From: an uncultured Parachlamydiaceae bacterium
GTDB taxonomy: Bacteria; Chlamydiota; Chlamydiia; Chlamydiales; Parachlamydiaceae
Assembly (NCBI GenBank): GCA_963742415.1
Contig: CAVULX010000004.1
Location: forward strand, 1 to 64,000
Length of the DNA: 64,000 bases
Direction of reading: 5' to 3'
Position 1 is the first letter of the stretch. Each line of letters begins with the position of its first letter. Position numbers and translations under genes: made by a program. Shown here piece by piece: positions 38,438 through 49,000 of the stretch. The notes beneath the pieces are model-generated. The model was not told where the DNA came from. It saw only the letters and a list, made by a program, of their open reading frames with translations, and made no database searches.

Positions 38438-40009
38438 ATGAAAATTAACACAGATGAAATCTCTTTCGAATGTGTAAGGCCGCTGGAAAGCCATGCTCGG
38501 CAAGTGATGGAGTGGCGCAATGATCCTGAAACATTGAGGCAATCTTTTCATTCCAAACCTAAAGTTTGGGAATCGTTTAAGCAGGAATTTTTTGATCAAT
38601 ATTTTTTATTTCCCGAGCTGCCCCCCTTATTTGCCGTTTATAATGGGGTTTGGATAGCCTTTCTCCGTTTTCGTCCGATTCCCCATCCCACAGGCTTGAA
38701 TCGCCGCTGTTGCGATATTTCCATTAATGTGGCTCCTGAATTTCGTGGAAAGGGGTTTGGGCAGGCCATTCTAACTTTGGTACAACCTTGGTTGGCTCAG
38801 CAAGGTTATGATGACCTTTATGCCGAGATAAAAAAAGAAAACATCCATTCGCAAAAGGCATTTGAACAGGCCCGCTTTATCAAACTGCATGACGACATTA
38901 AAGAGGTTGAAGACACAGGGGAAAAAGTTTTAATTGGCCGTTATTTTGTCGAATTAAAGCCCCAATTAACCCTCGAAAAACCGGTGTTCATTATTGCGGA
39001 GGGGGGGTCCAATTGGGTTGACCAAACTGCTCCAAAAGATCTCAAAATGGCTTTTGAGCTGATCGCCGCTGCTGCAGAAGCAGGCGCCGATGCGATCAAA
39101 TTTCAAATCTTTCGACCTGAAACAACCTATGTTAAAAATGCAGGGCCGAGCGATTATTTATCGGATGCTGGGATCTGCGAAGAGATGCAAGAACTTTATG
39201 CCCCTTTAGCTATGCCTTATGAGTTTATTCCAAAGTTAGCAGAAGCTTGTAAAAATAACGGAATTGAATTCATGGCTTCGGCATTTTCTCCAGATGACTT
39301 CAAAGCTGTCGATCCGTATGTTAAGAGGCATAAAATTGCTTCTTATGAAATAGGGCATCTGCATCTTCTTGAGTTGGCAGGACAATCGGGAAAACCTTTG
39401 TTACTTTCTACAGGCGCTGCAACAGAACATGAGATTGCATGGGCCGTCCAAACTTTTCATGCCCATGGAGGCGTGGAGTTAACCCTGCTTCAATGCACCG
39501 CATGTTATCCTGCTGAAGCTTCGACCTTACATTTGCGAACGATCCCCTGGTTGAAGCAAAGGTTTAAAGTCGAGGCGGGATTGTCCGACCACAGCCTCCA
39601 TCCGATCTTAGCGCCTGTCGCGGCAGTTGCCTTAGGAGCAAAAGTGATTGAGAAACATTTCACACTCAACCGCAACTTGCCCGGTCCTGACCATGCCTAT
39701 GCCGTGACTCCGGATGATCTTAAAGAGCTCGTTACTGCTATCAGGCAAACAGAAACCATGTTAGGATCCTTTGTGAAGATCGTCGATCCCTCGGAAGAGG
39801 AGCTGCGAGCTTTTGCTAGGAGGGGGATTCAAGCTCTCAAGGACATTACGAAAGGGGAAATCTTGAGGGAAGGGAAGAATATCGGGATTTTGCGGCCAGG
39901 AAAGCAACCGCTCGGAATTCACCCCGGCCATATTTATGAAATTGAAGGAAAAAAATCTGTGTGTGCCATTTCGGCGGGGCATGGAATCCAAAAAGGGGAT
40001 TGGATCTGA
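38438..40009 (+). CDS. GNAT acetyltransferase fused to NeuB/PseI-family nonulosonic acid synthase
   Basis: EWRNDPE...INVAPEFRGKGFG (GNAT); FIIAE..SN, ADAIKFQ, KIASYE, LLQCTACYP, GLSDHS, IEKHFT; SAF domain at C-terminus. Confidence 0.9.
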   Translation: MKINTDEISFECVRPLESHARQVMEWRNDPETLRQSFHSKPKVWESFKQEFFDQYFLFPELPPLFAVYNGVWIAFLRFRPIPHPTGLNRRCCDISINVAPEFRGKGFGQAILTLVQPWLAQQGYDDLYAEIKKENIHSQKAFEQARFIKLHDDIKEVEDTGEKVLIGRYFVELKPQLTLEKPVFIIAEGGSNWVDQTAPKDLKMAFELIAAAAEAGADAIKFQIFRPETTYVKNAGPSDYLSDAGICEEMQELYAPLAMPYEFIPKLAEACKNNGIEFMASAFSPDDFKAVDPYVKRHKIASYEIGHLHLLELAGQSGKPLLLSTGAATEHEIAWAVQTFHAHGGVELTLLQCTACYPAEASTLHLRTIPWLKQRFKVEAGLSDHSLHPILAPVAAVALGAKVIEKHFTLNRNLPGPDHAYAVTPDDLKELVTAIRQTETMLGSFVKIVDPSEEELRAFARRGIQALKDITKGEILREGKNIGILRPGKQPLGIHPGHIYEIEGKKSVCAISAGHGIQKGDWI

Positions 40010-40683
40010 AACACGGCAATCAGAGCAAATTGAAAGTTGTTTTAATCGATTTTGATGGAACCCTTGTTGATTCCATGGAGGATCTTTATGGAATTTACTT
40101 CGCTTTTTTAAGGGAGTACGGACATGAGGGAACGCCGGAGGAATTTGCGGAACTCAATGGGCCAACCATCAATGAAATTCTTGCAATGCTGATGAAAAAG
40201 TACCATTTGCCCGAGCCTTTAGAGAAACTGTTAGAAATTTACAAGGCCAGGCTGGAAGAATATTATGGAAAAACAGCAGTACCCTATCCAGGAGTCGTAG
40301 AGTTTTTGATGAGAATTCGGAAGGAGGGGATAAAATCGGCATTAGTGACTTCTGCGAAGCGCTCTTTTGTGGATCCCTTTTTGAAGCGGCATCATCTCGA
40401 GCAGTATTTCAGCCATATTGTGACAGCAGATGGAGTTTCCCATGGAAAACCCAACCCTGAAATCTATCTAAAAGCATTGCAAGTTCTGGGGATTCAACCA
40501 TCCGAGGCTTTGGCTATTGAAGATTCTCTAAATGGGGTATTATCTGCAACTTCGGCTGGCATCTATACGTGGAGGATCAATTCAAAATTATCAAATGAAC
40601 CAGATATAAAAAGTCATGACAGTCGGTTAGAATTGCCCAATTGGAAATCTATTGAGGAGCTATTTACTGAAACATATGGATGA
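39961..40683 (+). CDS. HAD-family phosphatase
   Basis: IDFDGTLVDS, LVTS, GKPNPEIY, IEDSLNG; true start probably later (~40000-40030). Confidence 0.9.
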   Translation: MCHFGGAWNPKRGLDLKHGNQSKLKVVLIDFDGTLVDSMEDLYGIYFAFLREYGHEGTPEEFAELNGPTINEILAMLMKKYHLPEPLEKLLEIYKARLEEYYGKTAVPYPGVVEFLMRIRKEGIKSALVTSAKRSFVDPFLKRHHLEQYFSHIVTADGVSHGKPNPEIYLKALQVLGIQPSEALAIEDSLNGVLSATSAGIYTWRINSKLSNEPDIKSHDSRLELPNWKSIEELFTETYG

Positions 40684-41398
40684 TTACCAACAGTTTAAAT
40701 TATCACCCCAGTTTTCCATCATTGTAAATCCGTTTTCTCGAGGTTTTGAATTGTCGGATCATGACAAGATTTTAATGGAAAATATCTGGCGGAGCGAAGA
40801 GATCCAGAATCCTAAACTGTTCAACGGCCAGATTTTAAACTTAATTCAAGTGCGTGACAATGAGGTTGAAGCCGAGTTTGTCGATTACAAGTACTATATC
40901 GCACAATTGAGAAATCCCCAATTTCAAGATATTTTAAATCTTTCTCCTATAAGTATTAGCGGAATTACTTTGGCCGGGAGCAAAATTCTTATCGGTTTAA
41001 GAGGTAAGGAGTTGACAACATATCCTGAGGCCTATGAGCTGGTTCCTTCAGGAGGGATCGATCCGCGCGCTTTAGTGGAGGGGAAGATTGACCTTTTGAA
41101 ACAATTTGAGTTGGAGTTATGGGAAGAGACCGGAATCTCTGTCTCTGAAATTAAAGATTATCGACTCCTCAATTTAATCTATGACCGAAAAAGTAAGATC
41201 TATGAGATTTGTGCCGAGCTGCAAGTCAACTATGGGGTTATTAAAGAAGAGCTGATCACTGAAGGAAAGGAGTATCAACAGTTGATGTGGGTACCACGAT
41301 CGGAAATTTCTTCTTTTATAAGGAAGAAAGGCGATAAATTTGTCCCTTTTTCCCTCTTCCTCTTAAAGTCATTAATCAGGGGCAGGGGGGATTTTTAA
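40676..41398 (+). CDS. NUDIX-like hydrolase
   Basis: LVPSGGID...ELELWEETGI (Nudix box variant). Confidence 0.7.
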   Translation: MDDYQQFKLSPQFSIIVNPFSRGFELSDHDKILMENIWRSEEIQNPKLFNGQILNLIQVRDNEVEAEFVDYKYYIAQLRNPQFQDILNLSPISISGITLAGSKILIGLRGKELTTYPEAYELVPSGGIDPRALVEGKIDLLKQFELELWEETGISVSEIKDYRLLNLIYDRKSKIYEICAELQVNYGVIKEELITEGKEYQQLMWVPRSEISSFIRKKGDKFVPFSLFLLKSLIRGRGDF

Positions 41399-41926
41399 CA
41401 GGATAGGCAGGATCGCAAGCGGCAGGATAAGCAGGATGTTAAAGATAAGAGCTCGTAGGAAAAAAACGATAGTTTTATACACGAAAATAAAAAAATATTA
41501 TCATCTTTTTAAAATCTTTAAACTTTTAAGTTATAATTTTAATTATAAAAAAGTAATTATAAAATGGTTTTTATATGAGAGAAATAACAGATAGTTTAAA
41601 AAGTGCTTTTAATAGTTTCAAAAGTACTTATAACAGTATATCAAAATTAGATATTTTAATCGCGGCCGTAGACAGTGCTGTTGTTGGCTCATGACTGGCG
41701 GAATATTTGGTGCGATGGGTTTTGTAGTAGAATTTTTGGATAGAGAAGCAAGAATGCCAATACGAAAGAAATTGACTATGGTTGCGACAATAGCCATCGT
41801 AACTGGTGGGCTCAAGTTGATTGCTAATATTGCAACTATCGCAATTGCTAAGGCAAATAATAGAGGTTAATTTTAAATCCTGCTTATCCTGCCGCTTGCG
41901 ATCCTGCCCATCCTGTTAAAAAATCC
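41389..41926. repeat. Long-IR element, copy 1 (about 50-bp arms around ~440 bp)
   Basis: GGATTTTTAACAGGATAGGCAGGATCGCAAGCGGCAGGATAAGCAGGAT (41389-41437), near-perfect reverse complement at 41877-41926. Confidence 0.9.
41575..41870 (+). CDS. Two overlapping small ORFs (41575-41694, 41691-41870) or one frameshifted ~98-aa hydrophobic protein inside the IR element
   Basis: MREITDSLKSAFNSFKSTYNSISKLDILIAAVDSAVVGS* and MTGGIFGAMGFVVEFLDREARMPIRKKLTMVATIAIVTGGLKLIANIATIAIAKANNRG*; AT-rich promoter-like stretch upstream. Confidence 0.5.
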
Positions 41927-41950
41927 TCCTTATCCCTGATAAAAATCCTG

Positions 41951-44900
41951 CTATCCCTGATCTTTTTTAAGACGCAACATCAGAATATCCAAAAAATTAT
42001 CGACGGCCTGCAGAGTAGATGGAAGAGATCGGATGATTTTCCCTTCGATAAATTCTTCTATAGTTGCGTCAAGGTTGGCTAAATCTATCGAAAACCCTTT
42101 TGTGATACTTTCCAGCTCCTCTTTTTGTTCTGGCCTCAGCATCCCTTTTGATAAAGAAAAGTTCAACTGGTCCAAGAACCGCAATTGGTTTAAGAGCTGT
42201 TGAGATTCAGATAGAGCATCTGAATTGTACCGATAAAGCTTTTTTAAAATCGGTTCCAAAATTTTTATACGATCTTCCAACTGGTCTATTATTGTTGCAG
42301 GTAGTTCTTTAGTGTATGGCTTGATTCTATCTAAAAATTTTTGAAGTTGATGGGAATGACAAAAAGGTTTACCTCGAAAATCAGTAAACAATAAATGAGA
42401 AGAGCCTTCCCCTTCATCAAACAGCGGGAGATATCCCATCAAGGCTTGCAAAATACTTTCTATGAGGACGGCTTCTTTTAATAAAGCGGACAACCCCCAA
42501 GAATAAGCGTTTGATCCTTTTATACCCAAACGACTTGAAAAATTGGCTAAGTCTAAATTCCGATTTTTCAAGTCATTTGGGTATAGATATAAAAAAAGAT
42601 TTTTGAGACCTTCTAAAGCCCCCCCACACTCCTTCAATACGCTGCTGATCTCGGTTTTTAATTTAAAATCCTTGTTTGAATTGAAATGAGATAAGTGAAG
42701 CCTGTGTAATTTTTGCCCTTCATACAATTTGCTTTCGGTTTTGTTTAATTGAGGGATGATTGAGTGGCTCATCGCTAATTGAGTAGATTTGGATTGAATT
42801 TGCAAATCCTTGCAGATTCCAGGCAAAAGGGAAAGTTCTATTTTAACAGTAAGTTCCTCTGGAGAAACAGAGCTCATCTGCTCTACATCGACAGAGAGCA
42901 AGAGATTTTTTAGGACTTCCATTCCGTTTTCAAAAAAGCGGCGGCGATTTTCTTGCACATATTTCCACCCCTTTTGAATTAGAGAGGGGAGCGATTCTTG
43001 CTCACTGAAGGAGATCTCTAATCCATGGCATAGCTCAAGTCGAGCTTGGTTTTGCTCTTTTTTAGAAAGGGAATTTGGTTCCAAGTTTGACAAATAAAGA
43101 ATTTGAGAAACTCCTTGCATCATAAAATCAAAAGATTTGCTGCTATATCGCCCAGAGATATCAATGATGGCATCTAAAGAATTTAGCCAGTTGATTTGAT
43201 CGGCGGATAAAGGGAGTGGAAACTGAATTTGCTCATGATTTTTCTCTAACTCTTGATAAAGCAAGCCGAGTTGATGTTTGTGAACATGATCTAAAGGGTT
43301 CGAACGAGTAAACAGAAGTTTTATAGCTTGTTCTATAGCTATACTCATTCTTAAGACGATAAAGGAAAACTGATGAGCTGTTATTTTTTCCGCGTTGATA
43401 TATTGTGCATGGGTTAATAGATCTTCAACCGATGATTGTAAGTTGGATTTCGCTTCATTTTTTATTGATTCAAATTGAATTTCGCCCTCATTAACAACGC
43501 CGTAATGGACCTTTTGAAATTCATAAATCGGCACCCTTTTGCATAAGCTACGGATCAAATTAAGTTTTTCGACGGAGTGGAGGTCTTTCCATTTTTGCTG
43601 AAATTCGAGATAAGATTTTTTTACTTCTCGTTCATGCGTTTCTTTTGAAATAGCCATTTCAGGAGAAGATGAGGCATTCAAATTCAAAAGTTTTGAAGGG
43701 ATAAAAACCTGTCGCAAAATAGGGTGAGGAGAGGGCGCCTTGGCTTGAGGCTTTTTGATATTAGAGCTTCGACCTTTTCTTTTTTTTCTTTTGCTCGAAG
43801 GGGCCTTTTTCTCTGTCTCAGAGAGAAGTTCTCGCTTTAACGCGAAACGGAGAAGGGGTTTAGCGCCTTTAACAAAAGTGGTTTTCAGAGAATCGGTGAT
43901 TATTTCTATTACCGGAGACAAACCGGGAATGCAGTTAGAGATATTTTCAAAGAATTCAATCACTTCTTCAACGCAGGAGATGTAAAGTTGAATTTTATGC
44001 TCTAAAAGCAGATCCTCTTGGGCAAGCAGCTTTAGGCTTCTTTCTCTCCAATCGGCCAAAGATTGGGATGAGAAGTTATAGGAAGTGGAAACGTGTTTCT
44101 CTAAAAGTAAAAAAAGTTGGACAAAATTATAATTTAATAACTCAGAAAGGATCTTCAACTGTTTCTCAAGCAAGTGCCATTCTGTCGGGGATGGCTCTGG
44201 ATTTGTCTCCTTAATAGGGGTATTTAAAAGATCCAAAAGGTCGATCGAGCGAAATTCATTAAAAATCGTGATGATTATATCTAAACTATTGATGAAAGGG
44301 GTGGCGACACGGTTAAAGTTTTTATGGATTTTTGCCATATTTTTTAAGCTTTCCCTATTAAGTCGTAGCTGGGAAATAAGACCTACCAAGCTTTCAAACA
44401 ATGTTAACTTTTGTTCAGGGCTTAGATGACTAAAGTTTTTATCAATAAATTCATTAAAATGAAAAATACGAGACAACGTTTGCTCAACAAGTTGTAATAT
44501 GTTTTTCTTTTCTGCTCCTTCATATTTATAAATTGGCGTTGCTTGCTCGTTCAACTTTATCAAAATAAAATCTATTATAGAAAAAGTTCCGGAATGAAAA
44601 TTTTTAATTTCAAAGCCTAGTTGCTCAACAAGTTTTTTTACTTGCAATACCACTGCTCTTGAATTATTGATATTCTCTGTGACAATTTTATATTGATCAT
44701 ATAAATAGATACGGTATTTGTGTACAATTACGTGCAATTCTTCTAACCCCTTTTTGTTAGAACGCTTTTCAAATTCATTTAGCCAAAAGAAGTGTCGAGC
44801 CGAGTTTTCAATTAATTCTTTTTCTAAAAACGTCTCCTGTTGATTGATCAAACAAAAAAAAGATTTTGTTTGGATAATCTGCCCCAATTTTTCGCGTTCT

Positions 44901-45799
44901 ATATTAATTTGAGTTGAAATTTTGCCAAAATCTCTTAAAATTTCTAAAAAGCTATTCGCTAGTTCACCAGATACTTCTCTGATTTTAGTCGAAATCTTTT
45001 CCCCTAAATAGGTATTAAGAAAGGTTAAATCTTCCAACAATGAAGATTGATAGTCTGGAAACATCTCATTGTTGCTGTGCGCCTCTAAAAGTAGTGGGAA
45101 GAGCGCTTCCGGAAAAGTTAAACAATCTTTAAGAATTTTTATAAGTGAACTTATTTCTGAGTGTGCTTCCGATGTTAATATACTCCGCGTGATTTCCCCA
45201 AATTTATTTGTAAAAATGTTGTTGTTTAGTTGATCTTTAAAAACTCCTACATCTTTATTGATTAGAAAGCCCTGAAAAGCTGCAAAAAAAATGTGTAAAC
45301 TCTTAAGAATTAGATCGATTAATTTTTCCTTGGGGACTTGCCGCTCTTTAAAGTCTTTTGTGAGCATTGGCACTGCCTGATTTTGATTTGCCTTTTTATG
45401 TTTGAGCAAGAGAGAGGGAAGGCGTATTTCTATCCATCGCATGATGTTTATCATAGCGCCGTTAAGCACAGGAATTTTTTTATTTATTTCTTCACAAGCT
45501 GCCTCAACTTTCTCAAGGGAAGCGCGATCAAGGTTTATCTCTTGAATAAAAGGTTCCCAACCCATCATAGAAATAAATAAGGCGTGGACTTCAAAAGTTG
45601 TAAGTTGGCCAAATAAGTTGTTCAAGGTTTTAGGATCGACCTCTGTGACTCTGTGTGCAACCTGTATTGGAATACTCCCTACGGGCTTTAAAATAAGCTG
45701 CTTATATAAAAAAAATAAACCCGATGGATGTTTTTTTATACATTCATAAACAAGGGATGATGCAGCGATGGGAGGAAGGGGAGACGATGTTGGTTCCAT
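41951..45799 (-). CDS. Large paralog 1 (1282 aa), two HEPN-like domains, basic NLS-like patch
   Basis: Intact ORF; AIEQAIK...KHQL..L...GRY and LIES..QA...SHQL..FL...YRY; KRKKRK patch. Confidence 0.8.
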   Translation of the reverse strand: MEPTSSPLPPIAASSLVYECIKKHPSGLFFLYKQLILKPVGSIPIQVAHRVTEVDPKTLNNLFGQLTTFEVHALFISMMGWEPFIQEINLDRASLEKVEAACEEINKKIPVLNGAMINIMRWIEIRLPSLLLKHKKANQNQAVPMLTKDFKERQVPKEKLIDLILKSLHIFFAAFQGFLINKDVGVFKDQLNNNIFTNKFGEITRSILTSEAHSEISSLIKILKDCLTFPEALFPLLLEAHSNNEMFPDYQSSLLEDLTFLNTYLGEKISTKIREVSGELANSFLEILRDFGKISTQINIEREKLGQIIQTKSFFCLINQQETFLEKELIENSARHFFWLNEFEKRSNKKGLEELHVIVHKYRIYLYDQYKIVTENINNSRAVVLQVKKLVEQLGFEIKNFHSGTFSIIDFILIKLNEQATPIYKYEGAEKKNILQLVEQTLSRIFHFNEFIDKNFSHLSPEQKLTLFESLVGLISQLRLNRESLKNMAKIHKNFNRVATPFINSLDIIITIFNEFRSIDLLDLLNTPIKETNPEPSPTEWHLLEKQLKILSELLNYNFVQLFLLLEKHVSTSYNFSSQSLADWRERSLKLLAQEDLLLEHKIQLYISCVEEVIEFFENISNCIPGLSPVIEIITDSLKTTFVKGAKPLLRFALKRELLSETEKKAPSSKRKKRKGRSSNIKKPQAKAPSPHPILRQVFIPSKLLNLNASSSPEMAISKETHEREVKKSYLEFQQKWKDLHSVEKLNLIRSLCKRVPIYEFQKVHYGVVNEGEIQFESIKNEAKSNLQSSVEDLLTHAQYINAEKITAHQFSFIVLRMSIAIEQAIKLLFTRSNPLDHVHKHQLGLLYQELEKNHEQIQFPLPLSADQINWLNSLDAIIDISGRYSSKSFDFMMQGVSQILYLSNLEPNSLSKKEQNQARLELCHGLEISFSEQESLPSLIQKGWKYVQENRRRFFENGMEVLKNLLLSVDVEQMSSVSPEELTVKIELSLLPGICKDLQIQSKSTQLAMSHSIIPQLNKTESKLYEGQKLHRLHLSHFNSNKDFKLKTEISSVLKECGGALEGLKNLFLYLYPNDLKNRNLDLANFSSRLGIKGSNAYSWGLSALLKEAVLIESILQALMGYLPLFDEGEGSSHLLFTDFRGKPFCHSHQLQKFLDRIKPYTKELPATIIDQLEDRIKILEPILKKLYRYNSDALSESQQLLNQLRFLDQLNFSLSKGMLRPEQKEELESITKGFSIDLANLDATIEEFIEGKIIRSLPSTLQAVDNFLDILMLRLKKDQG

Positions 45800-45893
45800 A
45801 CGAGTCCATATTAAAAAACGGTCTTAGAAGTTTGTGAACACCTTCTTAGCCTATTTATTCATCATTTAACCTGCAATACCATTTTAATAAAAC

Positions 45894-46092
45894 CAGGGAT
45901 AGCCGGATAGAGGAGGATTTTTTAACAGGATAGGCAGGATCGCAAGCGGCAGGATAAGCAGGATGTTAAAATAAGAGCTCAAAGGAAAAAAACAAAGGCA
46001 AATAATAGAGGTTAATTTTAAATCCTGCTTATCCTGCCGCTTGCGATCCTGCCCATCCTGTTAAAAAATCCTCCTCTATCCTGCTATCCCTG
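45894..46092. repeat. Long-IR element, copy 2 (about 70-bp arms, interior mostly absent)
   Basis: Arms 45894-45964 and 46022-46092 with 2 mismatches; same arm sequence as copy 1. Confidence 0.9.
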
Positions 46093-49000
46093 ATCTTTTT
46101 TAAGATGCAAAATCAGAATATCTAATAATTTATCAACGGCCTGCAGAGTCGATGGAAGAGATCGGATGATTTTCCCTTCGATAAATTCCTCCGTGGTTGA
46201 GTCAAGGTTGGCTAAATCCTTTGAAAACTCTTTTGTGATACTTTCCAGTTCCTCTTTTTGATCTGGCCTCAGCGCCCCTTTAGATAAAGAAAAGTTCAAC
46301 TGGTCCAAGAACCGCAATTGGTTTAAAAGCTGTTGAGATTCAGATAGAGCATCTGAATTATACCGATAAAGCTTTTTTAAAATCGGTTCCAAAATTTTTA
46401 TACGATCTTCCAAGTGGTCTATCATTGTTGCAGGCAGTTCTTTAATATGGGGCTTGATTTTATCTAAAAATCTTTGAAGTTGATGGGAACGACAGAAAGG
46501 TTTTCCACGAAAATCTGTAAACAATAAATGGGAAGAACTTTCCCCTTCATCGAAGAGAGGGAGATACCCCATCAAAACTTGCATCACGCTCTCGATAAGG
46601 ACCGCTTCTTTTAATAAAGCGGCCATTCCCCAAGCATAAGCGCTGGATCCTTTTAAATATGGAAAAAGATTTTTGAGACTCTGTAAAGCCCCCTCACTTT
46701 CCCTCAATGCAATGCTGATCCAAGTTTTTAATTTAAAATTCTCAGTTGATTTGAAATGAGGTGAGTGGAGCTTGTGCAAATTTTGCCCTTTATACAATTT
46801 GTTCCAGATCGTGTCCATTTGGGTAATCAAATTATTTATAGATATTTGAGGAGATTTGGTTTGAACTTTCAAATCCTTGAAGATTCCCGACAAAAGGGAA
46901 AGGTCTGCTTTAAAAGAGAGTTTTTCAGAGGGAACAACGCTCATGTTTTCTACGTCTACAGAGAGCAAGAGATTTTTCAAGACTTCCAATCCGGTTTCAA
47001 AAAACTGGCGCCGATTTTCTTGCACATATTTCCACCCCTTTTGAATTAGAGAGGGGAGCGATTCTTGTTCACTGAAAGGGATCCCTAATCCTTGGCAAAG
47101 CTCAAATCGGGCTTGGTTTTGTTCCTCTTTAGAAAGGGAATCCAACTTCAAAGTTGATAAATAAAGAATTTGAGAATTTCCAATGACCATAAAATCAAAA
47201 GATTTGCTGGTGTACCGTCCAGATATCTCAATGATGGCATCCAAAGAATTTAACCAATTGGTTTGATCGGCGGATAAAGGGAGTGGAAACTGAATTTGCT
47301 CTTGATTCTTCACTAACTCTTGGTAAAGCAAGCCAGGTTGATGCTTATGAACATGGGTTATAGAGTTCTTACGGTTAAACAACATTTTTATCGCTTGCTC
47401 TATGGCAATGCTCATTCTTAAGACGAGAAATGAAAACTGATGGGGTGTTATTTTTTCCGATTCGATCTGTTCTGCATGGGTTAATAAATCTTCAACCGAT
47501 GATTGTAAGTTGGATTTTGCTTCATTTTTTATTGATTCGAATTGATTTTCCCCTTCTTTAAGAGAACCGTAATGGACCATTTGAAATTCATAAGTCTGCA
47601 ATCTTTTGCATAAGCTATGGAGCAACTGAAGTCTTTCCCAAAAAGGGAGATCTTTCCAATTCTGTTGAAATTCAAGGTACGATTTTTTTACTTCTTGCTC
47701 ATGAGCTTCTTTTTGAATTGCAATTTCAGGAGAAGATGAGGGATTCAAATTTAAAAAGTTCAAAGGAATAAATGGGTGCCCCAAGCCAAGGGAGGGCTGC
47801 GATCTCTTGACTTGCGGCTTTTTGGCAACAGGCTTTCGTTTCCCCTTTTTTCTACTGTTTAAGCGCTTTGTTTTCGGTGTCGAAGCGAGAAGTTCTTGCC
47901 TTATTGTGTAACGGAGGAGAGGTTTAGAGTTTTCAATAAAACTACCATTTAGATTTTCAATTAAAAATTCTACGATTGAAGAAATTTTGGCGTCATCGAT
48001 AGCTAGATTGGAAAAGAAAGTAATAATTTGTTCAACTAAGGAGAAATAATTTTTAATTTTATTCTCCAAAAGCATACCCTCTTGATTCAACAGGGCTTGG
48101 CATCTTTCTTTCCACTTAACAATGAAAATGGAAAAAGGTTTGTGGAAATGGGCGAGATTTTTTTCTAAATGAGATATCATCGTCTCATCAAAATAACCAA
48201 GAAGTACATCAGAAAGGTTCTTCAGATGATTCTTGAGCAAGTCCAATTCTGTCAAAGATGGATTTGGATTTGACTCTTTAATAGGACTAATCAAAAATCC
48301 TATAAGATCTAAACAGGAATAAAATTTCCGATAAATTTGGATGCTACTCTCCAAACTTTTTATAAAAGGAGCTGCAACAATCTTTAAATCACTATTCTTT
48401 TCTGCAAAGTTTTTTAACACATTTTTTTGCTTTTCTAAACGCTGAATTAATAGTGAGAAATTTCTGAAAGCATTTGATTTCTTCTTATAACTTAGTTTGC
48501 TAAGATCAGTACCAATAATTTTAATTCCTAAAATGCTGTCGATAACCTCCCAAAGGGGGTGCGTTTCATTTCCTAAACATTTATAAATTTGCTTTGATTG
48601 ATCGTATAATTTTATTGAAATTATATCAAATAAAGATAAAATTCCGGATTGATAATTTTTAAATTCAATCCCTAAATCTTTAGCATACTTTATTACTTGG
48701 CAAACTAGATCACTAGAAGTTGCGAGGCCTGCTGCACCGCTTTTATAGTGATTATCTAAATATATATGATATTTATGAAAAATGTCATTTATTTCTTCAG
48801 CCTTTGAGATTTTTGTTTTTATGCATTGACGATATTTGCCTAACCAGAGGTTGTATGTTTCTTCAGTTTTCTTTAATTTTTTTAAGATACTATCATAACT
48901 TTCGGCTTTACCATTTATGCTTAAAAAAGATTTTTCTTTAATGAGCTGAAAAAATTTTTCTCTTTCTTCATCAATTTGATTTAAAATTTTTATAAATTCG

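Noticed and set aside
41389..46092. CRISPR array from the CAGGAT repeats
   Set aside because: The repeats are inverted arms with short periodicity, not direct repeats separated by unique spacers
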